In this document: in pieces, positions 29,045-43,100 of the stretch | How the letters are laid out: each line of letters begins with the position of its first letter | Numbering within the stretch: the stretch's first letter is position 1 | Assembly (NCBI RefSeq): GCF_009914755.1 | Contig: NC_060925.1 | Length of the DNA: 64,000 nt | Source: the human T2T-CHM13v2.0 reference genome, Homo sapiens | Reading direction: 5' to 3' (one strand) | Made by a program: the position numbers and the translations under genes | Notes under the pieces: model-generated | The model's input: only the letters and a program-made list of their open reading frames with translations | What the model was told of the DNA's origin: nothing | Database searches by the model: none

Positions 29045-29061
29045 CTTCGTTGGAAACGGGA
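29045..29061 (+). promoter_or_regulatory. First intact CENP-B box of the SF1 array (then about one per 340 bp)
   Basis: CTTCGTTGGAAACGGGA is a perfect consensus match. Confidence 0.92.
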
Positions 29062-29753
29062 TTTCTTCCTATTCTGCTAGACAGATGAATTCTCAGTAAC
29101 TTCCTTGTGTTGTGTGTATTCAACTCACAGAGTTGAACGATCCTTTACACAGAGCAGACTTGAAACACTCTTTTTGTGGAATTTGCAAGTGGAGATTTCA
29201 GCCGCTTTGAGGTCAATGGTAGAAAAGGAAATATCTTCGTATAGAAACAAGACAGAATGATTCTCAGAAACTCCTTTGTGATGTGTGCGTTCAACTCACA
29301 GAGTTTAACCTTTCTTTTCATAGAGCAGTTAGGAAACACTCTGTTTGTAAAGTCTGCAAGTGGATATTCAGACCTCCTTGAGGCCTTCGTTGGAAACGGG
29401 ATTTCTTCATATTCTGCTAGACAGAAGAATTCTCAGTCACTTCCTTGTGTTGTGTGTATTCAACTCACAGAGTTGAACGATCCTTTACACAGAGCAGACT
29501 TGAAACACTCTTTTTGTGGAATTTGCAAGTGGAGATTTCAGCCGCTTTGAGGTCAATTGTAGAATAGGATATATCTTCGTATAGAAACTAGACAGAATGA
29601 TTCTCAGAAACTCCTTTGTGATATGTGCGTTCAACTCACAGAGTTTAACCTTTCTTTTCATAGAGCAGTTAGGAAACACTCTGTTTGTAAAGTCTGCAAG
29701 TGGATATTCAGACCTCTTTGAGGCTTTCGTTGGAAACGGGATTTCTTCATATT

Positions 29754-32700
29754 CTGCTAGACAGAAGAATTGTCAGTAACTTCCTTGTGTTGTGTGTATT
29801 CAACTCACAGTGTTGAACGATCCTTTACACAGAGCAGACTTGAAACACTCTTTTTGTGGAATTTGCAAGTGGAGATTTCAGCCGCTTTGTGGTCAATGGT
29901 AGAAAAGGAAATATCTTCGTATAGAAACTAGACAGAATGATTCTCAGAAACTCCTTTGTGATGTGGGCGTTGAACTCATAGAGTTTAACCTTTCTTTTCA
30001 TAGAGCAGTTAGGAAACACTCTGTTTGTAAAGTCTGCACATGGATATTTTGACCACTTAGAGGCCTTCGTTGGAAACGTGTTTTTTTCATGTAAGGCTAG
30101 ACAGAAGAATTCCCAGTAACTTCCTTGTGTTGTGTGCATTCAACTCACAGAGTTGAACGTTCCCTTAGACAGAGCAGATTTGAAACACTCTATTTGTGCA
30201 ATTTGCAAGTGTAGATTTCAAGCGCTTTAAGGTCAATGGCAGAAAAGGAAATATCTTCGTTTCAAAACTAGACAGAATCATTCCCACAAACTGCGTTGTG
30301 ATGTGTTCGTTCAACACACAGAGTTTAACCTTTCTGTTCATAGAGCAGTTAGGAAACACTCTGTTTGTAAAGTCTGTAAGTGGATATTCTGACATCTTGT
30401 GGCCTTCGTTGGAAACGGGATTTCTTCATATTGTGCTAGACAGAAGAATTCTCAGTCACTTCCTTGTGTTGTGTGTATTCAACTGACAGAGTTGAACTTT
30501 CATTTAGAGAGAGCAGATTTGAAACACTGTTTTTGTGGAATTTGCAAGTGGAGATTTCAAGCGCTTTGGGGCCAAAGGCAGAAAAGGATATATCTTCGTA
30601 TAAAAACTGGACAGAATCATTCTCAGAAACTGCTGCGTGATGTGTGCGTTCAACTCTCAGAGTTTAACTTTTCTTTTCATTCAGCGGTTTGGAAACACTC
30701 TGTTTGTAAAGTCTGCACGTGGATATTTTGACCACTTAGAGGCCTTCGTTGGAAACGGGTTTTTTTCATGTAAGGCTAGACAGAAGAATTCCCAGTAACT
30801 TCCTTGTGTTGTGTGCATTCAACTCACAGAGTTGAACGTTCCCTTAGACAGAGCAGATTTGAAACACTGTATTTGTGCAATTTGCAAGTGTAGATTTCAA
30901 GCGCTTTAAGGTCAATGGCAGAAAAGGAAATATCTTCGTTTCAAAACTACACAGAATCATTCCCACAAACTGCGTTGTGATGTGTTCGTTCAACTCACAG
31001 AGTTTAACCTTTCTGTTCATAGAGCAGTTAGGAAACACTGTGTTTGTAAAGTCTGTAAGTGGATATTCTGACATCTTGTGGCCTTCGTTGGAAACGGGAT
31101 TTCTTCATTTTCTGCTAGACAGAAGAATTCTCAGTAACTTCCTTGTGTTGTGTGTATTCAACTCACAGAGTTGAACGATGCTTTACACAGAGCAGACTTG
31201 AAACACTCTTTTTGTGGAATTTGCAAGTGGAGATTTCAGCCGCTTTGAGGTCAATGGTAGAAAAGGAAATATGTTCGTAAAGAAACAAGACAGAATGATT
31301 CTCAGAAACTCCTTTGTGATGTGTGCGTTCAACTCACAGAGTTTAACCTTTCTTTTCATAGAGCAGTTAGGAAACACTCTGTTTGTACAGTCTGCAAGTG
31401 GATATTCTGACCTCCTTGAGGCCTTCGTTGGAAAAGGGATTTCTTCATATTCTGCTAGACAGAAGAATTCTCAGAAACTTCCTTGTGTTGTGTGTATTCA
31501 ACTCACAGAGTTGAACGATCCTTTACATAGAGCAGACTTGAAACACTCTTTTTGTGAAATTTGCAAGTGGAGATTTCAGCCGCTTTGAGGTCAACGGTAG
31601 AATAGGAAATATCTTCCTATAGAAACTAGACAGAATGATTCTCAGAAACTCCTTTGTGATGTGTGCGTTCAACTCACAGAGTTTAACCTTTCTTTTCATA
31701 GAGCAGTTAGGAAACACTCTGTTTGTAAAGTCTGCAAGTGGATATTCAGACCTCTTTGAGGCTTTCGTTGGAAACGGGATTTCTTCATATTCTGCTAGAC
31801 AGAAGAATTCTCAGAAACTTCCTTGTGTTGTGTGTATTCAACTCACAGAGTTGAATGATCCTTTACACAGAGCAGACTTGAAACACTCTTTTTGTGGAAT
31901 TTGCAAGTGGAGATTTCAGCCGCTTTGAGGTCAATGGTAGAAAAGGAAATATCTTCGTATAAAGACTAGACAGAATGATTCTCAGAAACTCCTTTGTGAT
32001 GTGTGCGTTCAACTCACAGAGTTTGACCTTTCTTTTTACAGAGCAGTTAGGAAACACTCTGTTTGTAAAGTCTGCAAGTGGATATTCAGACCTCTTTGAG
32101 GCCATCGTTGGAAACGGGATTTCTTCATATTCTGCTAGACAGAAGAATTCTCAGAAACTTCCTTGTGTTGTGTGTATTCAACTCACAGAGTTGAACGATC
32201 CTTTACACAGAGCAGACTTGAAACACTCTTTTTGTGGAATTTGCAAGTGGAGATTTCAGCCGCTTTGTGGTCAATGGTAGAAAAGGAAATATCTTCGTAT
32301 AGAAACTAGACAGAATGATTCTCAGAAACTCCTTTGTGATGTGGACGTTGAACTCACAGAGTTTAACCTTTCTTTTCATAGAGCAGTTAGGAAACACTCT
32401 GTTTGTAAAGTCTGCACATGGATATTTTGACCACTTAGAGGCCTTCGTTGGAAACGGGTTTTTTTCATGTATGGCTAGACAGAAGAATTCCCAGTAACTT
32501 CCTTGTGTTGTGTGCATTCAACTCACAGAGATGAACGTTCCCTTAGACAGAGCAGATTTGAAACACTCTATTTGTGCAATTTGCAAGTGTAGATTTCAAG
32601 CGCTTTAAGGTCAATGGCAGAAAAGGAAATATCTTCGTTTCAAAACTAGACAGAATCATTCCCACAAACTGCGTTGTGATGTGTTCGTTCAACTCACAGA

Positions 32701-34170
32701 GTTTAACCTTTCTGTTCATAGAGCAGTTAGGAAACACTGTGTTTGTAAAGTCTGTAAGTGGATATTCTGACATCTTGTGGCCTTCGTTGGAAACGGGATT
32801 TCTTCATATTGTGCTAGACAGAAGAATTCTCAGTCACTTCCTTGTGTTGTGTGTATTCAACTGACAGAGTTGAACTTTCATTTAGAGAGAGCAGATTTGA
32901 ATCACTGTTTTTGTGGAATTTGCAAGTGGAGATTTCAAGCGCTTTGGGGCCAAAGGCAGAAAAGGATATATCTTCGTATAAAAACTGGACAGAATCATTC
33001 TCAGAAACTGCTGCGTGATGTGTGCGTTCAACTCTCAGAGTTTAACTTTTCTTTTCATTCAGCGGTTTGGAAACACTCTGTTTGTAAAGTCTGCACGTGG
33101 ATATTTTGACCACTTAGAGGCCTTCGTTGGAAACGGGTTTTTTTCATGTACGGCTAGACAGAAGAATTCCCAGTAACTTCCTTGTGTTGTGTGCATTCAA
33201 CTCACAGAGTTGAACGTTCCCTTAGACAGAGCAGATTTGAAACACTCTATTTGTGCAATTTGCAAGTGTAGATTTCAAGCGCTTTAAGGTCAATGGCAGA
33301 AAAGGAAATATCTTCGTTTCAAAACTACACAGAATCATTCCCACAAACTGCGTTGTGATGTGTTCGTTCAACTCACAGAGTTTAACCTTTCTGTTCATAG
33401 AGCAGTTAGGAAACACTGTGTTTGTAAAGTCTGTAAGTGGATATTCTGACATCTTGTGGCCTTCGTTGGAAACGGGATTTCTTCATTTTCTGCTAGAAAG
33501 TAGAATTCTCAGTAACTTCCTTGTGTTGTGTGTATTCAACTCACAGAGTTGAACGATGCTTTACACAGAGCAGACTTGAAACACTCTTTTTGTGGAATTT
33601 GCAAGTGGAGATTTCAGCCGCTTTGAGGTCAATGGTAGAAAAGGAAATATGTTCGTAAAGAAACAAGACAGAATGATTCTCAGAAACTCCTTTGTGATGT
33701 GTGCGTTCAACTCACAGAGTTTAACCTTTCTTTTCATAGAGCAGTTAGGAAACACTCTGTTTGTACAGTCTGCAAGTGGATATTCTGACCTCCTTGAGGC
33801 CTTCGTTGGAAAAGGGATTTCTTCATATTCTGCTAGACAGAAGAATTCTAAGAAACTTCCTTGTGTTGTGTGTATTGAACTCACAGAGTTGAACGATTCC
33901 TTACATAGAGCAGACTTGAAACACTCTTTTTGTGGAATTTGCAAGTGGAGATTTCAGCCGCTTTGAGGTCAACGGTAGAATAGGAAATATCTTCCTATAG
34001 AAACTAGACAGAATGATTCTCAGAAACTCCTTTGTGATGTGTGCGTTCAACTCACAGAGTTTAACCTTTCTTTTCATAGAGCAGTTAGGAAACACTCTGT
34101 TTGTAAAGTCTGCAAGTGGATATTCAGACCTCTTTGAGGCTTTCGTTGGAAACGGGATTTCTTCATATTC
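29754..34170 (+). repeat. 2378-bp (14-monomer) tandem duplication; boundaries approximate
   Basis: Marker ORFs are offset by 2378 (30165/32543, 30399/32777, 30844/33222, 31183/33561, 31523/33901). Shared private variants include aactggacag, actacacag, atgttcgtaaagaaacaag and ttacatagag. Confidence 0.85.
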
Positions 34171-37100
34171 TGCTAGACAGAAGAATTCTCAGAAACTTCC
34201 TTGTGTTGTGTGTATTCAACTCACAGAGTTGAACGATGCTTTACACAGAGCAGACTTGAAACACTCTTTTTGTGGAATTTGCAAGTGGAGATTTCAGCCG
34301 CTTTGAGGTCAATGGTAGAATAGGAAATATCTTCCTATGGAAACTAGACAGAATGATTCTCAGAAACTCCTTTGTGATGTGTGCGTTCAACTCACAGAGT
34401 TTAACCTTTTTTTTCAAAGAGCAGTTAGGAAACACTCTGTTTGTAAAGTCTGCAAGTGGATATTCAGACCTCTTTGAGGCTTTCGTTGGAAACGGGATTT
34501 CTTCATATTCTGCTAGACAGAAGAATTCTCAGAAACTTCCTTGTGTTGTGTGTGTTCAACTCACGGAGTTGAACGATCCTTTACACAGAGCAGACTTGAA
34601 ACACTCTTTTTGTGGAATTTGCAAGTGGAGATTTCAGCCGCTTTGTGGTCAATGGTAGAAAAGGAAATATCTTCGTATAAAGACTAGACAGAATGATTCT
34701 CAGAAACTCCTTTGTGATGTGTGCGTTCAACTCACAGAGTTTGACCTTTCTTTTCACAGAGCAGTTAGGAAACACTCTGTTTGTAAAGTCTGCAAGTGGA
34801 TATTCAGACCTCTTTGAGGCCATTGTTGGAAACGGGATTTCTTCATATTCTGCTAGACAGAAGAATTCTCAGAAACTTCCTTGTGTTGTGTGTATTCAAC
34901 TCACAGAGTTGAACGATCCTTTACACAGAGCAGACTTGAAACACTCTTTTTGTGGAATTTGCAAGTGGAGATTTCAGCCGCTTTGTGGTCAATGGTAGAA
35001 AAGGAAATATCTTCGTATAGAAACTAGACAGAATGATTCTCAGAAACTCCTTTGTGATGTGGGCGTTGAACTCACAGAGTTTAACCTTTCTTTTCATAGA
35101 GCAGTTAGGAAACACTCTGTTTGTAAAGTCTGCACATGGATATTTTGACCACTTAGAGGCCTTCGTTGGAAACGGGATTTCTTCATATTCTGCTAGACAG
35201 AAGAATTCTCAGTAACTTCTTTGTGTTGTGTGTATTCAACTCACAGAGTTGAACGATCCTTTACACAGAGCAGACATGAAACACTCTTTTTGTGGAATTT
35301 GAAGTGGAGATTTCAGCCACATTGAGGTCAATGGTAGAATAGGAAATATCTTCGTATAGAAACTAGACAGAATGATTCTCAGAAACTCCTTTATGATGTG
35401 TGCATTCAATTCACAGAGTTTAACGTTTCTTTTCATAGAGCAGTTAGGAAACTCTCTATTTGTAAAGTCTGCAAGTGGATACTCAGACCTCCTAGAGGGC
35501 TTCGTTGGAAACGGGATTTCTACATATTATGCTATACAGAAGAATTCTCAGTAACTTCCTTGTGTTGTGTGTATTCAACTCACAGAGTTGAACGATCCTT
35601 TACACAGAGCAGACTTGAAACACTCTTTTTGTGGAATTTGCAAGTGGAGATTTCAGCCGCTTTGAGGTCAATGGTAGAATAGGAAATATCTTCCTATAGA
35701 AACTAGATAGAATGATTCTCAGAAACTCCTTTGTGATGTGTGCGTTCAACTCATAGAGTTTAACCTTTCTTTTCATAGAGCAGTTAGGGAACACTCTGTT
35801 TGTAAAGTCTGCAAGTGGATATTCAGACCTCTTTGAGGCTTTCGTTGGAAACGGGATTTCTCCCTATTCTGCTAGACAGAAGAATTCTCAGAAACTTCCT
35901 TGTGTTGTGTGTATTCAACTCACAGAGTTGAACGATCCTTTACACAGAGCAGACTTGAAACACTCTTTTTGTGGAATTTGCAAGTGGAGATTTCAGCCGC
36001 TTTGAGGTCAATGTTAGAAAAGGAAATATCTTCGTATAAAGACTAGACAGAATGATTCTCAGAAACTCCTTTGTGATGTGTGCGTTCAACTCACACAGTT
36101 TAACCTTTCTTTCCATAGAGCAGTTAGGAAACACTCTGTTTGTAAAGTCTGCAAGTGGATATTCAGACCTCTTTGAGGCCTTCGTTGGAAACGGGATTTC
36201 TTCATATTCTGCTAGACAGAAGAATTCTCAGTAACTTCCTTGTGTTGTGTGTATTCAACTCACAGAGTTGAACGATCCTTTACACAGAGCAGACTTGAAA
36301 CACTCTTTTTGTGGAATTCGCAAGTGGAGATTTCAGCCGCTTTGAGGTCAATGGTAGAATAGGAAATATCTTCCTATAGAAACTAGACAGAATGATTCTC
36401 AGAAACTCCTTTGTGATGTGTGCGTTCAACTCACAGAGTTTAAGCTTTCTTTTCATAGAGCAGTTGGGAAACACTCTGTAAAGTCTGCAAGTGGATATTC
36501 AGACCTCTTTGAGGCTTTCGTTGGAAACGGGATTTCTTCATATTCTGCTAGACAGAAGAATTCTCAGAAACTTCATTGTGTTGTGTGTATTGAACTCACA
36601 GAGTTGAACGATCCTTTACACAGAGCAGACTTGAAACACTCTTTTTGTGGAATTTGCAAGTGGAGATTTCAGCCGCTTTGAGGTCAATTGTAGAAAAAGA
36701 AATATCTTCCTATAGAAACTAGACAGAATGATTCTCAGAAACTCCTTTGTGATGTGTGCGTTCAACTCACAGAGTTTAACCTTTCTTTTCATAGAGCAGT
36801 TAGGAAACACTCTGTTTGTAAAGTCTGCAAGTGGATATTCAGACCTCTTTGAGGCTTTCCTTGGAAACGGGAGTTCTTCATATTCTGCTAGACAGAAGAA
36901 TTCTCGGAAACTTCCTTGTGTTGTGTGTATTCAACTCACAGAGTTGAACGATCCTTTACACAGAGCAGACTGGAAACACTCTTTTTGTGAAATTTGCAAG
37001 TGGAGATTTCAGCCGCTTTAAGGTCAATGGTAAAATAGGAAATATCTTCCTATAGAAACTAGACAGAATGATTCTCAGAAACTCCTTTGTGATGTGTGCG

Positions 37101-40100
37101 TTCAACTCACAGAGTTTAACCTTTCTTTTCATAGAGCAGTTAGGGAACACTCTGTTTGTAAAGTCTGCAAGTGGATATTCAGACCTCTTTGAGGCTTTCG
37201 TTGGAAACGGGATTTCTCCCTATTCTGCTAGACAGAATAATTCTCAGAAACTTCCTTGTGTTGTGTGTATTCAACTCACAGAGTTGAACGATCCTTTACA
37301 CAGAGCAGACTTGAAACACTCTTTTTGTGGAATTTGCAAGTGGAGATTTCAGCCGCTTTGAGGTCAATGTTAGAAAAGGAAATATCTTCGTATAAAGACT
37401 AGACAGAATGATTCTCAGAAACTCCTTTGTGATGTGTGCGTTCAACTCACACAGTTTAACCTTTCTTTCCATAGAGCAGTTAGGAAACACTCTGTTTGTA
37501 AAGTCTGCAAGTGGATATTCAGACCTCTTTGAGGCCTTCGTTGGAAACGGGATTTCTTCATATTCTGCTAGACAGAAGAATTCTCAGGAACTTCCTTGTG
37601 TTGTGTGTATTCAACTCACAGAGTTGAACGATCCTTTACACAGAGCAGACTTGAAACACTCTTTTTGTGGAATTCGCAAGTGGAGATTTCAGCCGCTTTG
37701 AGGTCAATGGTAGAATAGGAAATATCTTCCTATAGAAACTAGACAGAATGATTCTCAGAAACTCCTTTGTGATGTGTGCGTTCAACTCACAGAGTTTAAG
37801 CTTTCTTTTCATAGAGCAGTTGGGAAACACTCTGTAAAGTCTGCAAGTGGATATTCAGACCTCTTTGAGGCTTTCGTTGGAAACGGGATTTCTTCATATT
37901 CTGCTAGACAGAAGAATTCTCAGAAACTTCATTGTGTTGTGTGTATTGAACTCACAGAGTTGAACGATCCTTTACACAGAGCAGACTTGAAACACTCTTT
38001 TTGTGGAATTTGCAAGTGGAGATTTCAGCCGCTTTGAGGTCAATTGTAGAAAAAGAAATATCTTCGTATAAAAATTAGACAGAATGATTCTCAGAAACTC
38101 CTTTGTGATGTGTGCGTTCAACTCACAGAGTTTAACCTTTCTTTTCATAGAGCAGTTAGGAAACACTCTGTTTGTAAAGTCTGCAAGTGGATATTCAGAC
38201 CTCTTTGAGACCTTCGTTGGAAACGGGATTTCTACATATTCTGCTAGACAGAAGAATTCTCAGTAACTTCTTTGTGTTGTGTGTATTCAACTCACAGAGT
38301 TGAACGATCCTTTACACAGAGCAGACGTGAAACACTCTTTTTGTGGAATTTCAAGTGGAGATTTCAGCCGCTTTGAGGTCAATTGTAGAAAAAGAAATAT
38401 CTTCGTATAAAAATTAGACAGAATGATTCTCAGAAACTCCTTTGTGATGTGTGCGTTCAACTCACAGAGTTTAACCTTTCTTTTCATAGAGCAGTTAGGA
38501 AACACTCTGTTTGTAAAGTCTGCAAGTGGATATTCAGACCTCTTTGAGACCTTCGTTGGAAACGGGATTTCTACATATTCTGCTAGACAGAAGAATTCTC
38601 AGTAACTTCTTTGTGTTGTGTGTATTCAACTCACAGAGTTGAACGATCCTTTACACAGAGCAGACTTGAAACACTCTTTTTGTGGAATTTCAAGTGGAGA
38701 TTTCAGCCGCTTTGAGGTCAATGGTAGAATAGGAAATATCTTCCTATAGAAACTAGACAGAATGATTCTCAGAAACTCCTTTATGATGTGTGCATTCAAC
38801 TCACAGAGTTTAACGTTTCTTTTCATAGAGCAGTTAGGAAACACTCTGTTTGTAAAGTCTGCAAGTGGATATTCAGACCTCCTAGAGGCCTTCGTTGGAA
38901 ACGGGATTTCTTCATATTATGCTAGACAGAAGAATTCTCAGTAACTTCCTTGTGTTGTGTGTATTCAACTCACAGAGTTGAACGATCCTTTACACAGAGC
39001 AGACTTGAAACACTCTTTTTGTGGAATTTGCAAGTGGAGATTTCAGCCGCTTTGAGATCAATGGTAGAATAGGAAATATCTTCCTATAGAAAGTAGACAG
39101 AATGATTCTCAGAAACTCCTTTGTGATGTGTGCGTTCAACTCACAGAGTTTAACCTTTCTTTTCATAGAGCAGTTAGGAAACACTCTGTTTGTAAAGTCT
39201 GCAAGTGGATATTCAGACCTCTTTGAGGCTTTCCTTGGAAACGGGATTTCTTCATATTCTGCTAGACAGAAGAATTCTCGGAAACTTCCTTGTGTTGTGT
39301 GTATTCAACTCACAGAGTTGAACGATCCTTTACACAGAGCATACTGGAAACACTCTTTTTGTGTAATTTGCAAGTGGAGATTTCAGCCGCTTTAAGGTCA
39401 ATGGTAGAATAGGAAATATCTTCCTATAGAAACTAGACAGAATGATTCTCAGAAACTCCTTTGTGATGTGTGCATTCAACTCACAGAGCTTAACCTTTCT
39501 TTTCACAGAGCAGTTAGGAAACACTCTGTTTGTAAAGTCTGCAAATGGATATTCAGACCTCTCTGAGGCCTTCGTTGGAAACGGGATTTCTTCATATTAT
39601 GATAGACAGAAGAATTCTCAGTAACTTCCTTGTGTTGTGTGTATTCAACTCACAGAATTTAACGATCCTTTACACAGAGCAGACTTGAAACACTCTTTTT
39701 GTGGAATTTGCAAGTGGAGATTTCAGCCGCTTTGTGGTCAATGATAGAAAAGGAAATATCTTCGTATAAAAACTAGACAGAATGTTTCTCAGAAACTCCT
39801 TTGTGATGTGGGCGTTGAACTCACAGAGTTTAACCTTTCTTTTCATAGAGCAGTTAGGAAACACTCTGTTTGTAACGTCTGCAGGTGGATATTTGGACTT
39901 CTTTGAGGTCTTCGTTGGAAACGGGTTTTTTTCATGTAAGGCTAGACAGAAGAATTCTCAGTAACTTCCTTGTGTTGTGTGTATTCAACTGACAGAGTTG
40001 AACTTTCATTTAGAGAGAGCAGATTTGAAACACTGTTTTTGTGGAATTTGCAAGTGGAGGTTTCAAGCGCTTTGGGGCCAAAGGCAGAAAAGGATATATC

Positions 40101-43100
40101 TTCGTATAAAAACTAGACAGAATCATTCTCAGAAACTGCTGCGTGATGTGTGCGTTCAACTCTCAGAGTTTAAAGTTTCTTTTCATTCAGCGGTTTGGAA
40201 ACACTCTGTTTGTAAAGTCTGCAAGTGGATATTCAGACCTCTTGGAGGCTTTCGTTGGAAACGGGATTTCTTCATATTCTGCTAGACAGAAGAATTCTCA
40301 GTAACTTCCTTGTGTTGTGTGTATTCAACTCACAGAGTTGAACGATCCTTTACACAGAGCAGACTTGAAACATTCTTTTTGTGGAATTTGCAGGTGGAGA
40401 TTTCAGCCGCTTTGAGGTCAATGGTAGAATAGGAAATATCTTCCTATAGAAACTAGACAGAATGATTCTCAGAAACTCCTTTGTGATGTGTGCGTTCAAC
40501 TCACAGAGTTTAAACTTCCAATTCATAGAGCAGTTAGGAAACACTCTGTTTGTAAAGTCTGCAAGTGGATATTCAGACCTCTTTGAGGCCTTCTTTGGAA
40601 ACGGGATTTCTTCATTTTCTGCTAGACAGAAGAATTCTCAGTAACTTCTTTGTGTTGTGTGTATTCAACTCACAGAGTTGAACGATCCTTTACACAGAGC
40701 ATACTTGAAACACTCTTTTTGTGGAATTTCAAGTGGAGATTTCAGCCGCTTTGAGGTCAATGGTAGAATAGGAAATATCTTCCTATAGAAACTAGACAGA
40801 ATGATTCTCACAAACTCCTTTATGATGTGTGCATTCAACTCACAGAGTTTAACGTTTCTTTTCATAGAGCAGTTTGGAAACACTCTGTTTGTAAAGTCTG
40901 TAAGTGGATATTCAGACCTCCTAGAGGCCTTCGTTTGAAACAGGATTTCTTCATATTCTGCTAGACAGAAGAATTCTCAGAAACTTCCTTGTGTTGTGTG
41001 TATTCAACTCACAGAGTTGAACGATCCTTAAAACAGAGCAGAATTGAAACACTCTTTTTGTGGAATTTGCAAGTGGAGATTTCAGCCGCTTTAAGGTCAC
41101 TGGTAGAATAGGAAATATCTTCCTATAGAAACTAGACAGAATGATTCTCAGAAACTCCTTTGTGATGTGTGCGTTCAACTCACAGAGTTTAACCTTTCTT
41201 TTCATAGAGCAGTTAGGAAACGCTCTGTTTGTAAATTCTGCAAGTGGATATTCAGACCTCTTTGAGGCCTTCGTTGGAAACGGGATTTCTTCATATTCTG
41301 CTAGACAGAAGAATTCTCAGAAACTTCCTTGTGTTGTGTGTATTCAACTCACAGATTTGGACGATCCTTTACACAGAGCAGACGTGAAACACTCTTTCTG
41401 TGGAATTTGCAAGTGGAGATTTCAGCCACTTTGAGGTCAATGGTAGAATAGGAAATATCTTCCTATAGAAACTAGACAGAATGATTCTCAGAAACTCCTT
41501 TGTGATGTGTGCGTTCAACTCACAGAGTTTAACCTCTCTTTTCATAGAGCAGTTAGGAAACACTCTGTAAAGTCTGCAAGTGGATATCAGACCTATTTGA
41601 GGCTTTCGTTGGAAACGGGATTTCTTCATATTGTGCTAGACAGAAGAATTCTCAGAAACTTCATTGTGTTGTGTGTATTGAACTCACAGAGTTGAACAAT
41701 CCTTTACACAGAGCGGACTTGAAACACTCTTTTTGTGGAATTTGCAAGTGGAGATTTCAGCCGCTTTGAGGTCAATGGTAGAAAAGGAAATATCTTCGTA
41801 TAGAAACTAGACAGAATGATTATCAGAAACTCCTTTGTGATGTGTGCGTTCAACTCACAGAGTTTAACCTTTCTTTTCATAGAGCAGTTAGGAAACACGC
41901 TGTAATGTCTGCAAGTGGATATTCAGACCTCTTTGAGGCTTTCCTTGGAAACAGGATTTCTTCATATTCTGCTAGACAGAAGAATTCTCAGAAACTTCAT
42001 TGTGTTGTGTGTATTGAACTCACAGAGTTGAACGATCCTTTACACAGAGCAGACTTGAAGCACTCTTTTTGTGGAATTTGCAAGTGGAGATTTCAGCCGC
42101 TTTGAGGTCAATGGTAGAAAAAGAAATATCTTCGTATAAAAACTAGACAGAATGATTCTCAGAAACTCCTTTGTGATGTTTGCGTTCAACTGACAGACTT
42201 TAACCTTTCTTTTCATAGAGCAGTTAGGAAACACTCTGTTTGTAAAGTCTGCAAGTGGATATTCAGACCTCCTAGAGGCCTTCGTTGGAAACAGGATTTC
42301 TTCATATTATGCTAGACAGAAGAATTCTCAGTAACTTCCTTGTGTTGTGTGTATTCAACTCACAGAGTTGAACGATCCTTTACACAGAGCAGACTTGAAA
42401 CACTCTTTTTGTGGAATTTGCAAGTGGAGATTTCAGCCGCTTTGAGGTCAAAGGTAGAATAGGAAATATCTTCCTATAGAAACTAGACAGAATGATTCTC
42501 AGAAACTCCTTTGTGATGAGTGCGTTCAACTCACAGAGTTTAACCTTTCTTTTCATAGAGCAGTTAGGAAACATTCTGTTTGTAAAGTCTGCAAGTGGAT
42601 ATTCAGACCTCTTTGAGGCTTTCGTTGGAAACGGGATTTCTTCATATTCTGCTAGACAGAAGAATTCTCAGAAACTTCCTTGTGTTGTGTGTATTCAACT
42701 CACAGAGTTGAACGATCCTTTACACAGAGCAGACTTGAAACACCCTTTTTGTGGAATTTGCAAGTGGAGATTTCAGCCGCTTTGAAGTCAATGGTAGAAA
42801 AGGGAATATCTTCGTATAGAAACTAGACAGATGATTCTCAGAAACTCCTTTGTGATGTGTGCGTTCAACTCACAGAGTTTAACCTTTCTTTTCTTAGAGC
42901 AGTTAGGAAACACTCTGTTTATAATGTCTGCAAGTGGATATTCAGACCCCTTTGAGGCCTTCGTTGGAAACGGGATTTCTTCATATTATGCTAGACAGAA
43001 GAATTCTCAATAACTTCCTTGTGTTGTGTGTATTCAACTCACAGAGTTGAACGATCCTTTACACAGAGCAGACTTGAAACACTCTTGTTGTGGAATTTGC

